Positions 1 through 13,035 of a stretch of DNA of 64,000 nt are shown in pieces. This DNA comes from Macrostomum lignano (Eukaryota): assembly GCA_002269645.1 (NCBI GenBank), contig NIVC01000662.1:256809-320808 (forward strand), read 5' to 3'. Below the pieces are notes generated by a model. That model was given only the letters and a program-made list of their open reading frames with translations, did not search any database and was not told where the DNA came from. Position 1 is the stretch's first letter, and every line of letters starts with the position of its first letter. The translations under genes and the position numbers were made by a program.

Positions 1-52
1 GAAGTGTAGCAGACAAATCGCAGACAGAAATTCTCGCCTCCCCGATGCCCAC

Positions 53-880
53 CTGAGCGGTCTGCATCCGCCGCCGGACAATGTCCAACGGGTAGCTGCT
101 AGTCTGGCCGAACAGGCCGGCCACTCCGCCGAACACGAACCTGGGCAGGGTGCCGGGGTCCTGTCCGGTCTGCCGTCTGTACCGCCGTTTCAAAGTCTCG
201 TAGGTGTAAAACGAGGTGCCAGCGTAGGGCAGGGAGCCGGCTAAGGCCGGTGAGAAGCCGCGATAGAGCGCCAAAGCGCCCTCCTGGCGCCAGATGCAGC
301 GCAGAGCGTGGCCCAGATTCCTATAAGTATTAGACTTGGTGACCGCCATGCGAGCCCTGGCCATGTCCAGCGGGTAGGTGCAGGTGACGGAGGTCACACC
401 GGCCAGGCTACCGGACACGAACCGGCGCCAGTGGGCGGACTCAAATCGACCACCGTCGACGTGGAGCAGCCGTTTATACTGCTCGTGAGAGGCGAACTGA
501 ACAGACGAATAGGGCACAATCCTGGCCAGGGTGGCTGTGTTGCCGCGCCACAATCTCAGCAGGCCTTCGCTTCTGTACGAGTCGCGCAGGAAGGCCAGAC
601 AGGCGCGCAAATTAAACCGGGTCTCGTGCGTCTGGAACCAGATCTTTGTCCGGTCTAGCGGCGCTATGGTGGTCTTGGCCGTGGCCCCGGCCACCGCGCC
701 GGCCAGGAAGGAGGAAGTGAAAGCGCGAGAATGACTCAGGCCGCTAGATGTACCGGCCGATGACGAGGAGGCTGGGGCGGGCGGATTGCTGGTGTCGGCG
801 CCGGTCAGTGCGACGGCGCTAGCAGCGGGAGCGCCGCCGCCGGCTGCTGACGGGCCGGAAAAGGCCACAGACTCTGTCAT
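53..880 (-). CDS. SLC25A42: Mitochondrial carrier family protein (CoA transporter-like), first coding exon; gene continues beyond the left edge
   Basis: Not in the ORF track because it has no stop in the window. Manual translation from ATG 880: MTESVAF...FLAGAVAGATAKTTIAPLDRTKIWFQ...LWRGNTATLARIVPYSSVQFASHEQYK...GSLAGVTSVTCTYPLDMARARMAV...LYRGFSPALAGSLPYAGTSFYTYETLK...GGVAGLFGQTSSYPLDIVRRRMQTAQ. Three PxD/ExxK/R carrier signature repeats are present. Probable donor CAG|GTGGGC at 53/52 (276 codons). Confidence 0.9.
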
Positions 881-1005
881 GTGACCGGAAGTAGCTTTAG
901 CATACGAGCGCGGAACTTATTCGCTGTGGATTAATAATACGAAAAAGAATTAGTTCATGCACTACCGATATGTATCGATTAAATAAAAACGAGTTTGACA
1001 TATAG

Positions 1006-1422
1006 GTGGGGTGGATCAGTAAAGAGCGGATAATAGGGGCGGATCAGTAAAGAGTGGATAATAGGGGCGGATCAGTAAAGAGTGGATAATAGGGGCGGAT
1101 CAGTAAAGAGTGGATAATAGGGGCGGATCAGTAAAGAGTGGATAATAGGGGCGGATCAGTAAAGAGTGGATAATAGGGGCGGATCAGTTAAGAGTGGATA
1201 ATAGGGGCGGATCAGTAAAGAGCGATGTTGGGGCGGATCAGTAAAGAGCGATGTTGGGGCGGATCAGTAAAGAGCGATGTTGGGGCGGATCAGTAAAGAG
1301 CGATGTTGGGGCGGATCAGTAAAGAGCGATGTTGGGGCGGATCAGTAAAGAGCGATGTTGGGGCGGATCAGTAAAGAGCGATGTTGGGGCGGATCAGTAA
1401 ACAGCGGATGATAGGGGCGGAT
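1006..1422 (+). repeat. Minisatellite, 28-bp unit switching to a 26-bp variant; each unit carries GGGGCGG
   Basis: ggggcggatcagtaaagagtggataata (period 28), then ggggcggatcagtaaagagcgatgtt (period 26); about 15 units. Confidence 0.95.
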
Positions 1423-2817
1423 AAGAGCTGATGATGAAAGACACTAGAGACAGAAGTTAAGATGGATGGGTCAGACATTAAGAAGTCGGCGGAATGCTCA
1501 CTGTTACAGAAAAATCAACTAAAAATGCTCAGAATAAAGGCACGACAATCTTCACTAATAGAACAGAAAGGCAGTGATAAATAGGAAGGTAGAAAAGCTA
1601 AAGCTCCTCCACTCGCTCCTCCCGTCCTACATCTTTTGAGTAGCTAAATTTAGCCAACCGACTGCGTCAGCATCAAGCTGCTCAAGGGAGGATTAAAGCG
1701 TGCAACACTGTCTAGTGCTCACTGACTGTATCAGCTGGCCTATTTCACCGCTACAAATCTAAAAGCCATCTACACATACGAATGCAATGCTTCCTGACTG
1801 ACTGTTTACTAAAACACAAGAGTGCACAACGATTAATGGAAAGATATTTATAATATTTTAGATTTATTAGAATACTTACAAGCGTACTAATAATAGGTTT
1901 GCGGTATTGCTACAGGTAAAGCAGCTTACTATAGTGTCATATAAATGAAAGCAGAAGACTGCACAGCTTGCGCTTTTGATTCAATTGGTCAATAGATATA
2001 CACAATATTAACAGGTAAGCAGGCGGTGACACGGACACAAAGATTTCATATATTACAAGTACAAAACTACAAAGTACAAATTGACAAATATAGGCAGACG
2101 CCAGGTCAAGCGGAGGAGCCAACAAATACCTGTATATCCAGCAGACAGGCTAACCGGAATGGGCAATTTGAAATTCCCCAAAAATTCAATCATCTCTAGA
2201 CTAAATCCTACATAATCTACATTTGCTGCCTATGCATTCAACATACTGAATATAAACCCAGCTTCTTTATCTCTAAAAGTATCTCAGCTTGCTAGTCCTT
2301 ATACAATCCTAATTATAAGGGAGCCGAGGCATAAAGCAGACAATTATATTTATAACAAGGGAATGTTTAAGGAACTTGACTTAGTCAAACTAAAACGAGG
2401 ACAACTAAAAAACGCTGCAGCATTCAAGACTGAGGATAAATGGACAAAATTAATATCACCATTGTTATTATTATTATTATCATAATTATTATCATATTCC
2501 GAGTACAGTAAACTCAGACACACTGGTTTCTTTAAAGAAAGGAAAGCTATAGCCATATGAAAATACTACTTTGAATTGCTTAGGAACAGGTCGCATACTA
2601 CGTAAGCTATACACTGACTATAATTAAATTACGCATATTAACAAATATATGAGTTCATATACTAATTAGCAAAAGCGCAAATAATACATACAGTACACGG
2701 GCCAGCTTACATATAATCCTTAGCATTATTTGCAGCATCAATAAGCAAAATAAGCCTTTCAAAGCATTTCTGTTAAAAATAATTAACACTTTTTCGCAAG
2801 TTGATGCTCTGTGAATT

Positions 2818-3530
2818 AGGGTGAGATTAGAGACCCATTGTCTGTGACATTAGGGATGAGATTAGAGACCCATTTTCTGTGACATTAGGGATGAGATTAG
2901 AGACCCATTGTCTGTGACATTAGGGGTGAGATTAGAGACCCATTGTCTGTGACATTAGGGATGAGATTAGAGACCCATTTTCTGTGACATTAGGGATGAG
3001 ATTAGAGACCCATTTTCTGTGACATTAGGGATGAGATTAGAGACCTATTGTCTGTGACATTAGGGGTGAGATTAGAGACCCATTTTCTGTGACATTAGGG
3101 ATGAGATTAGAGACCCATTTTCTGTGACATTAGGGATGAGATTAGAGACCCATTGTCTGTGACATTAGGGGTGAGATTAGAGACCCATTTTCTGTGGCAT
3201 TAGGGGTGAGACTAGAGACCCATTTTGTGACACCAGGGGTGAGATTAGAGACCCATTTTCTGTGGCATTAGGGGTGAGATTAGAGACCCATTTTCTGTGG
3301 CATTAGGGGTGAGACTAGAGACCCATTTTGTGACACCAGGGGTGAGATTAGAGACCCATTTTCTGTGGCATTAGGGGTGAGATTAGAGACCCATTTTCTG
3401 TGACATTAGGGGTGAGACTAGAGACCCATTTTCTGTGAAATTAGGGGTGAGATTAGAGACCCATTTTCTGTGACATTAGGGGAGATAAGAGACCGATTTT
3501 GTGACACCAGAAATAAGATTAGAGACGAAT
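2818..3530 (+). repeat. 35-bp minisatellite containing TTAGGG
   Basis: gtgacattagggatgagattagagacccattttct repeated about 20 times with variants. Confidence 0.95.
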
Positions 3531-4418
3531 ATTCTGCGATCTTAAGATGATATTAAATGACGGTACCCAACACGGTAAAAGATTGGTTTTTTAAAGCTAA
3601 AAAAGTAGCTCTATTCGAATCTTCATAATGTTAAATGATCAAACGAGGAAAAGAAAGAGCAGGGCACCCGCCTAAGCATGCCTAAATATCTAGTAGAACA
3701 ATGTACAGATTATCTTGTTCCCTCGCCATATACTAACTCTCTCTCACCGTCTAATCCCTAAAGTGGTTTATAAACAATGCATCAAGTGCCAGTATTACTG
3801 TACAAACAAGTTTACAAGACAGGGATATGAAAAGTTTATTCCAATACAACATAGGAAAATAGTTACTAACCAAGAATGATAGAAAAAAGATTCTTGAAAA
3901 AAAAATTTGTTTAAATCTTTTCAGCTGTCAGAAGCAAAAATTCAAATTGGAGTACAATTAATGAACAGTGTTAGGCCTGGGAAGGTGCTGGCTGGACTCA
4001 AATTGGAAAACCTGCACGGGCACGCAAAAGTGAGTGGAAATAGAGAAAGAAAAGGAGACAGGGCAGATCCAGCAAGCAGGTAAACAGCATAGATAACAGG
4101 GCGCACTCAGATAATAAAAGTATGTGCTGACTAGGGCTTGAATTTATTTAGCCAACACAGGCTTTTATTTGGCTTTGGTAAAGCTCCTCAAGTCTTTAGC
4201 GACTAGCTATTCTCGGTCAGGTCAGGGGTATACAGTGTCATAATCTTCACCTTTAAAGTATGTCTTATTATATTTTCTAAGGACCCAATATACCACACCC
4301 GCGGTCACCATCATCGAACCGTTGTACACCCTGTGTGAGCGTCTGGTGAACAGGCCAATAGAGAATATCGTTGGGAAGGGGGTTCAGTTAAACGCTCTTC
4401 AAGACTTAAGTGAGATTC

Positions 4419-7400
4419 TCAACTGCTATTGCTGGTCGGGCTGTCGCTATTGTTGTCGGACTCAACGGCGGAGGCTTCGGCAACTGGCCGGAGGGCGTCC
4501 AGCTCCGAGTACAAGAAGCTGCGCAGCCGTTCTAGGTACTGAGGAAACATTTCAATATCGTTGTGGCCAGCGCCCACAACCCACAGCGGGTCCACTGGCT
4601 TTGGCAAGCGTTCGTAGATTGTCAGGCCGTGAGCGAAGTCAATCACTTCATCGTCTGTGCCGTGTATCACTAGGCAGGGCGACTGGATCCGAGGCGCCTT
4701 CTCGATGCTGCTCAAATGGTTATTGTTATAGCGGCTGGGTTGCAGACAGCTGGCACAGCTGGTCAGATTTAGGTTCATTCACCATGTCTAATCACTGCTC
4801 ATTCACCATGTCTAATCACTGCTCATTCAACATGTCTAATCACTGCTCATTCACCATGTCTAATCACTGCTCATTCACCATGTCTAATCACTGCTCATTC
4901 ACCATGTCTAATCACTGCTCATTCACCATGTCTAATCACTGCTCATTCACCATGTCTAATCACTGCTCATTCAACATGTCTAATCACTGCTCATTCACAA
5001 TGTCTGATCACTGCTCATTCACAATGTCTGATCACTGCTCATTCACAATGTCTGATCACTACTCATTCACTATGTCTAATCACTGCTCATTCACAATGTC
5101 TAATCACTAATCACACTAATCACATGTCTAATCACAATGATCAATCACACTGCTCACTCACAATGATCAAATCACACTGCTCACTCACAATGATCAATCA
5201 CACTGCTCACTCACAATGATCAAATCACACTGCTCACTCACAATGATCAATCACACTGCTCACTCACAATGATCAAATCACACTGCTCACTCGCAATGAT
5301 CAATCACACTGCTCAGTCACAATGATCAATCACACTGCTCACTCACAATGATCAAATCACACTGCTCACTCGCAATGATCAATCACACTGCTCAGTCACA
5401 ATGATCAATCACACTGCTCACTCACAATTATCAATCACACTGCTCACTCACAAATATAAATCATACTGCTCAGTCACAATGATAAATCATACTGCTCACT
5501 CGCAATGATCAATCACACTGCTCACTCACAATGATCAATCACACTGCTCACTCGCAATGATCAATCAAACTGCTCACTCACAATGATCAATCACACTGCT
5601 CACTCACAATGATCAATCAAACTGCTCACTCGCAATGATCAATCAAACTGCTCACTCACAATGATCAATCAAACTGCTCACTCGCAATGATCAATCACAC
5701 TGCTCACTCACAATGATCAATCACACTGCTCACTCGCGATGATCAATCACACTGCTCAGTGACAATGATCAATCACACTGCTCACTCGCAATGATCAATC
5801 ACACTGCTCAGTGACAATGATCAATCACACTGCTCACTCACAATGATCAATCAAACTGCTCACTCGCAATGATCAATCACACTGCTCAGTGACGATGATC
5901 AATCACACTGCTCACTCGCGATGATCAATCACACTGCTCACTCGCGATGATCAATCACACTGCTCAGTCACAATGATCAATCACACTGCTCAGTCACAAT
6001 GATCAATCAATCACACTGCTCACTCACAATGATTAATCACACTGCTCACTCACAATGATCAATCACACTGCTCACTCACAATGATCAATCACACTGCTCA
6101 CTCACAATGATCAATCACACTGCTCACTCACAATGATCAATCACACTGCTCACTCACAATGATCAATCACACTGCTCACTCGCAATCAGCCACTCACTTA
6201 GGAAACGGATCGAAGAACCAGGTTCGCTGAGTCTCTGGAAAGGCAACCCGCATGCCGGACATTAGCGGGCTGTGCAATATAACTCCGGCCACTTTATACC
6301 GGGCAGCCAAGTCAACAGTTGGCACAGTGCCAATGGACTGGCCGTACAGTATAATACTCTCGGGCTGCAGTTTGTACCGGGTGAGCAGCTGGTTCCAGGC
6401 GCACTCCATATCGGCGTACAGATTCTTTTCCAGCGGCCGGCCAGTGCTGGCGCCGTAGCCGGAATAATCGTAGCCGAACACATTGACATTGAGCCGACGG
6501 CCCAAGCCAATAAAGAAGCTGCTCATCTGGCCCAGATCGACTGCGTTGCCGTGTGAGAATAGCAGGGTGAATCGGGAGCGAGGATTCACTTTGGCCATCA
6601 TGCAGGCGATGTTGTTGCCGCGAGCGGTCGGGGCCAGGAATACCTGCGTTGTGTTCAGTCATGGGTGAGGGCAACAGTAGTACAGCATGCACTTTAGGCG
6701 TTGCTATTTAAAATTTGTTAGACACGAGCAATAAAGCTACCTATTTGACAATAAAGCTACCTGTCAGGCAATAAAGCTACCTGTTAGACAATAAAGCTAC
6801 CTGTTAGACAATAAAGCTAACTGTCAGACAATAAAGCTACCTGTTAGACAATAAAGCTAACTGTCAGACAATAAAGCTACCTGTTAGACAATAAAGCTAA
6901 CTGTCAGACAATAAAGCTACCTGTTAGACAATAAAGCTACCTGTTAGACAATAAAGCTACCTGTTAGACAATAAAGCTAACTGAGACAATAAAGCTACCT
7001 GTTAGACAATAAAGCTAACTGTCAGACAATAAAGCTACCTGTTAGACAATAAAGCTAACTGTCAGACAATAAAGCTACCTGTTAGACAATAAAGCTACCT
7101 GTCAGACAATAAAGCTACCTGTTAGACAATAAAGCTACCTGTTAGACAATAAAGCTACCTGTTAGACAATAAAGCTAACTGTCAGACAATAAAGCTACCT
7201 GTTAGACAATAAAGCTACCTATTAGACAATAAAGCTACCTGTTAGACAATAAAGCTACCTGTTTGACAATAAAGCTACCTGTTAGACAATAAAGCTAACT
7301 GTTAGACAATAAAGCTACCTGTTAGACAATAAAGCTACCTGTTAGACAATAAAGCTAACTGTCAGACAATAAAGCTACCTGTTAGACAATAAAGCTACCT

Positions 7401-8423
7401 GTTAGACAATAAAGCTAACTGTCAGACAATAAAGCTACCTGTTAGACAATAAAGCTACCTGTTAGACAATAAAGCTAACTGTCAGACAATAAAGCTACCT
7501 GTTTGACAATAAAGCTACCTGTTAGACAATAAAGCTAACTGTCAGACAATAAAGCTACCTGTTAGACAATAAAGCTACCTGTTAGACAATAAAGCTAACT
7601 GTCAGACAATAAAGCTACCTGTTAGACAATAAAGCTACCTGTTAGACAATAAAGCTAACTGTCAGACAATAAAGCTACCTGTTAGACAATAAAGCTACCT
7701 GTTAGACAATAAAGCTACCTGTTAGACAATAAAGCTAACTGTCAGACAATAAAGCTACCTGTTAGTTAGACAATAAAGCTACCTGTTAGACAATAAAGCT
7801 ACCTGTTAGTTAGACAATAAAGCTACCTGTTAGACAATAAAGCTACCTGTTAGTTAGACAATAAAGCTACCTGTTAGTTAGACAATAAAGCTACCTGTTA
7901 GACAATAAAGCTACCTGTTAGACAATAAAGCTAACTGTCAGACAATAAAGCTACCTGTTAGACAATAAAGCTACCTGTTAGACAATAAAGCTAACTGTCA
8001 GACAATAAAGCTACCTGTTAGACAATAAAGCTACCTGTTAGTTAGACAATAAAGCTACCTGTTAGACAATAAAGCTACCTGTTAGTTAGACAATAAAGCT
8101 ACCTGTTAGTTAGACAATAAAGCAACCTGTTAGTTAGACAATAAAGCTACCTGTTAGTTAGACAATAAAGCTACCTGTTAGTTAGACAATAAAGCTACCT
8201 GTTAGATAGCTCAGCAAAACGAGCCGCTCACCTCTAGGCTAGCCTTATCGGGATCGCTAAACTGAAACTCGGCCCGTTCGCTGAGGTGCAGCCGCAGGTC
8301 AGGCGAGTCGCCGTCAGCAATAATTGAATAGGTGGGCTCCGGCGGCAGGAAGGCCAGCTTAGCCGCGATGCGGGAAGGCAGCGGAGGCCAGCAGAACAGG
8401 CGGAACAGATCGGCGCAAGACAT
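4419..8423 (-). CDS. ABHD17: Alpha/beta hydrolase domain-containing protein 17 (depalmitoylase), complete, 3 exons, about 308 aa
   Basis: Exons 8423-8232, 6643-6198 and 4707-4419; GT-AG junctions with matching phases (0, 2). Motifs: [15 protein letters not shown]; [14 protein letters not shown]; GYDYSGYG; nucleophile GQSIG; PFPN-IEK across the junction; [10 protein letters not shown] (Asp); GAGHND (His). Confidence 0.95.
4776..6185 (+). repeat. Intronic minisatellites: 24-bp unit followed by a related 26/27-bp unit (ABHD17 intron 2)
   Basis: cattcaccatgtctaatcactgct (about 4776-5110), then atgatcaatcacactgctcactcaca (about 5140-6185). Confidence 0.95.
6720..8205 (+). repeat. Intronic 20-bp minisatellite with 24-bp variants (ABHD17 intron 1)
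   Basis: gacaataaagctacctgtta repeated about 70 times; an extra gtta appears in the distal units. Confidence 0.97.
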
Positions 8424-8628
8424 GACAACAAATTCTGGCGGCAAGTCGAAATTGGGAAAACTGCGCCCAACTGATATTTTTAAAATTTTAAATGCCGGTT
8501 ATTAGTGAACGCACAGGAACGCTCGGGGTCTCTAACTAACTGACGCTGACCGCCAGGTGCAAGGAGCGAAGATCGAACTGAAATAATTTTAGACAGGCGG
8601 GATGTCAACAGATTAAACTTATTAAGAT

Positions 8629-9539
8629 CATAGGCGTACGAACGTTTTAAAAAGTGGGGGGCCAGGTTCAGTGACGGATTTAGGGGGGGGGGGGGCGCAC
8701 AAGGCGCACGCCCTTGTCGAGTTAGATTTTTTTATATGGAAAATGCACATTATCATTTACCGATTATTTTCAGAATCCATCTTGTCAGCACTCATTTGAT
8801 AAAGCGCCGTAGGCACTCATTTTAGCGCCGCAGGCACCCATTTTAGCACCGCCGGCACTCATTTTAGCTCCGCAGGCACTCATTTTAGCGCCACAGGCAC
8901 TCATTTTAGCGCCACAGGCACGCATTTTAGCGCCACAGGCACTCATTTTAGCGCCACAGGCACGCATTTTAGCGCCGCAGGCACTCAGTTTAGCGCCGCA
9001 GGCACTCATTTTAGCACCGCCGGCACTCATTTTAGCACCGCCGGCACTCATTTTAGCGCCGCAGGCACCCATTTTAGCACCGCCAGCACTCATTTTAGCT
9101 CCACAGGCACTCATTTTAGCACCGCCGGCACTCATTTTAGCACCGCCGGCACTCATTTTAGCACCGCCGGCACTCATTTTAGCGCCGCAGGCACCCATTT
9201 TAGCACCGCCAGCACTCATTTTAGTTCCGCAGGCACTCATTTTAGCGCCACAGGCACGCATTTTAGCGCCGCAGGCACTCAGTTTAGCGCCGCATGCACT
9301 CATTTTAGCACCACCGGCACTCATCTTAGCGCCACAGGCACGCATTTTAGCGCTGCAGGCACTAAAATGTTTTGTCGCCCTGCAGCAAAATGCATTCATG
9401 CAAAGCAGCAAAAACCAAAAATAAGCAAGAAGTCTACGTTTTACATTTAAAATGTGGAGGGGAGATACCATTACTGGCCCCCCATTTTAAAAAGCGGGGG
9501 GCCATGGCCCCACTGGCCCCCCCCGTTCCTACGCCTATG
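8629..9539. mobile_element. Non-autonomous hAT-type MITE carrying an internal 21-bp minisatellite
   Basis: TIRs cataggcgtacgaacg (8629) and cgttcctacgcctatg (ends 9539), 15/16 match. Flanking 8-bp TSD attaagat / attaatat (7/8). Subterminal ggggggccag motifs at both ends. Confidence 0.8.
8805..9362 (+). repeat. 21-bp minisatellite inside the MITE
   Basis: gcactcattttagcgccgcag and variants; source of the spurious ORF 8785..9471. Confidence 0.95.
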
Positions 9540-10526
9540 ATTAATATTATCCTTCTAGCTGAATGCAACATAGTTTTCCACGCAAATGTGACATACATGA
9601 TTGGATGCCTAATATGAGAAATGTTGAAAAAAACAAAGAAAAATTATTTTTGGTTCTTCACAAGGTCATTTTGTTCTTCTAATATACTTTAATGATGATA
9701 TTGTTAAAAATAATGTATATCCAAGTGTTGGGTTTCAACCTTATGGTTTCCAAAGAATAGGAACTAATGTATCTAAACATCAATAGGGCCCTATGCTTAT
9801 ATTGAAGAATATTAGGTATATAACTAGCAATCAGCGCCCCCTGTTGGGGAGCCCAGCAGTCCCTTGTAAGCCTTGACATGTCAGCAATTCCCCTCCACAA
9901 GCCTTAACATATCAACTTCCCCCCTTGACATCTCAGCGATGCCCCCCATAAGCCCTGAAATCTTAAAAAATCTGTGAACCTTCTAACCCTAATCTTAGCC
10001 CTAACCCTTACCCTAAAGCATTGACATTTCAGTAATTCTCACCAAGAGTCATTATAGCACTACAGCATTATAGCGATTCCCTGCAAGCCTCGACATTGTA
10101 GGGATTCCCAAATGAATCTCTCAACTTCGACATGACGCTTCTTTTATTTTTTACATGACGCTTTTTCTATCAACGACCCCCGTGAGGGGCCAACAAATAT
10201 TAATTTAAAAAAGTTTTGAATAAACTACATGTAGCTTCTGACTTTAGCCTTGACATCTCAGTTATTCCCCCATGAGCCTTGACATCTCAGCTATTCCCCG
10301 TAAGCTTTGACATCAATAGTATTCGCCCCAAGAGTCACAGCACACAGCTTTATGTGACGTTTTTTACATGACACTTCTTTTATGTCTGACATGACACTTC
10401 TTTTATGTCTGACATGACGCTTCTTTTGTCAAGGCTTTATTATACTTTTGAATAGACTACATGTTTAAACTACAGCTTCTCTTTGCAATAACATCAACAA
10501 TCCCTTGTGAGTCTTGACACCTCAGC

Positions 10527-13035
10527 TTTGCATGCACTTGTGTTTGATCCATCTGCTAAGAATTTAGTCTATTTAGTCTATGGTTGAAACCATATATATG
10601 ATAATTGGTGCAAGCTCAAGAAGAGCCCTTCTTTTATTCTTGAGCAAATATACGCCCGCTGGCATCTTCACGTCAAGCAACTGATCTCGTGTCTGTTTCT
10701 ACGGTGTCCCAAACAAAACATGGCGACGAGGATGGGATTTGAGCGTCTTTGAGCGTCTTGAGTGCAGGGATAACATACCCAGTCAAGAATCCAATCATTT
10801 CTGCTCCAATTGTTCCAGTTCTAAAGCAGGAGGGATCTGCCAGACCCATTCGCTTATGTGGAGATTATTCTCTCACCTTGAATCGCATCATTGATGCCGA
10901 CAAGTACAAGTGCCAGAGCCGAAAGACAAGGACCAACTGCGTAGCGTATTGTGCACCTTCAGACATTATGGCGTGTTCTGCAAAAATTTCTCAATGATTG
11001 CACGGCCTCTGTACACACTTCTGAAGAAAGGAGTACACTGGTGTTGGAAGAATGAGCATTCAGCTGCATTTGAGAATCTGAGGACCATGATTGCCGGAGG
11101 AGCCATTACAGCGTACGACATGAGGAAGCCGTTGTACTTAACATGTGACGCCTCGAAGGATGGCTTGGGCTACGTCCTGTCCCATGACAGAGCACAAAGG
11201 CAAGTGGTTTGGCTCGGTAGTCGGGTACTGACTCCAGCTGAAAGCAACTACGCAAACATCGAGAAGGAGGCATTGGCTATTGTGGAAGGCGTAAAATATT
11301 TCCACCAATTTCTCGCTGGCCGCAAGTTCACCATCGTCTCAGACCATCGTCCGCTCCAATTCATATTCAATCAGAACAAAGTGTCAGAAAGAGTGTCCGC
11401 TAGACTGCAACGTTGGGCACTCCTGCTGCGAGCGTATGACTACGAGATTGTCTATGCCAAGGGTGACACTATGCATGCCGCGGACACATTGTCAAGACTT
11501 CCACTAGCAGGACAGCAAAAGGATGCGAGGATCAGCCTGCTTGATGTTAATGCACTGGATAGATTCTGGAATTCAGAGCAACTGTTGAATCGAATCGCAC
11601 GTACCAACGACTCCAAACTGAATCTGCTCAAGACGTACATACAAAAGGAATGGCCTTCCTACATTCCGTCAACAATGTTGCCCTATTCTCGAGGAAAATG
11701 GGAATACACCATCCAAAATGGGATCATTTTCAAGGGACTTCGAATCGTTCTGCCCACTAGCTTGAGGACCGAGATCCTGCAAATGCTGCACGAAGATCAT
11801 CCCGGGATTGTGAGAATGGTACGCCTAGCACGGCAATACTTCTGGTGGCCCGAGATAGACGCACAAGTTAATGCGTTCGTACAACGATGTGTACAATGTC
11901 AGCTTCACGCCAGAAAGAGAGTCAATGCTAACTTGTCCTCGTGGTCGGACGCGCAGAATTTCTTTGAAAGAGTTCACGTTGATATTGCAACATTTAAAGG
12001 TCGCAGACTTCTGGTGATGGTCGACGCCTTTTCAAAATGGGTCGACGTTTAACATGTGAACTCAATGACGGCTTCATCAATTGTTGCCGCAAGCAGACAA
12101 ACATTCAAGTACACTGGATTACCCAAGTCCATAGTCACGGATAACTGTGGATCGTTCGTTGCTGAGGAGTTCTCCAAGTTTCTGAAAGACAATGGTGTCG
12201 AACACGTCTGCACACCCCCAGGACACCATCAGTCCAATGGCCAGTTCGAGAGGGTCATAGAAGAACTGAAGTTTTATCTGCGTAAGATGAAAGCCAACGC
12301 GGACCTCTCTGCCTTAGATTGGCACATTGCGGGATTTTGTCTCTTCCAGAACACTACACCTCATTGCAACGGATCAATACCAGCTCTACTGATCTTTCAG
12401 CAGTTGCCAAGGACACGTTTGTGTTTGTCCGCCACTTGCACTGAGTGGTCGAGGCCAAGTCAGCAGCCAACTCCCGTGTTCATTTGAGTGGAGCACAAGG
12501 AGGAGCGTTTCCCTACTGAGCTGAAGTTTGCCGTTGGTTCTAATACATTTAGGGAGGCACAGGGCAGACTCGTTCATTGGTCAGACATTCAAGCTTATAC
12601 GGACCAGCTACTGGTGGCTGATTCGAAGCCACCAGATTCAAAACTTACAGAGGTCAATCCAGCCCTCAGTGAGACCGTCACTACACCACCCAATACCACC
12701 AGTCAGATCCAGTTAGGACCATTGCCATCCGGCGCCCAAGAACTCCATTGGAGTGTACGGGTTAGTCGACCACCTGATCGGCTTGTCTACAAGTGATTCT
12801 TTACAATGCATGACAGTCTTCTTTTGGCATTGGTGGGGTGTTACATATTTGCATGCACTTGTGTTTGATCCATCTGCTAAGAATTTAGTCTATGGTTGAA
12901 ACCATATATATGATAATTGGTGCCAGCTCAAGAAGAGCCTCTACCCTTCTTTTATTCTTGAGAAAATAGCCTGCTGGCATCTTCACGTCAAGCAATGGAT
13001 CTCGTGTCTATTTCTATGGTGTCCCAAACAAAACA
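10527..13035 (+). mobile_element. Ty3/Gypsy LTR retrotransposon, internally deleted, non-autonomous
   Basis: The 3' LTR spans 12839-13035 (TGTT...AACA) and is preceded by the purine-rich tract tggtgggg. The 5' LTR spans about 10527-10720 and lacks the first ~9 bp. PBS tggcgacgagga at 10721. Only RT-start, RNase H and integrase coding sequence lies between the LTRs. Confidence 0.92.
10749..12796 (+). pseudogene. Gypsy pol remnant: RT N-terminus, RNase H and integrase, with premature stops
   Basis: SAPIVPVLK...IRLCGDYSLTLN (RT start); LTCDASKDGLGYVL, NYANIEKEALAIV, SDHRPL (RNase H); LHEDHPG...RCVQC (HHCC); RVHVDI, IVTDN, SNGQFER (DDE). ORFs 10910, 12056 and 12488 share one frame separated by in-frame stops. 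Confidence 0.92.

Noticed and set aside
308-734. Plus-strand ORFs 308..658 and 531..734
   Set aside because: Antisense shadows of the minus-strand mitochondrial carrier exon
2818-3530. TTAGGG in each 35-bp unit as evidence of a telomere or subtelomere
   Set aside because: Only one hexamer per unit, no tandem TTAGGG, and housekeeping genes lie on both sides
4322-5110. 262-aa ORF with SNHCSFTM repeats, which looks metal-binding
   Set aside because: Antisense to ABHD17 exon 3 and running into the 24-bp intronic array
2818-8205. Regularly spaced 20-35-bp direct repeats that superficially resemble CRISPR arrays (also 22830-28695)
   Set aside because: The units are head-to-tail with no unique spacers, no cas genes are present, and the context is eukaryotic introns
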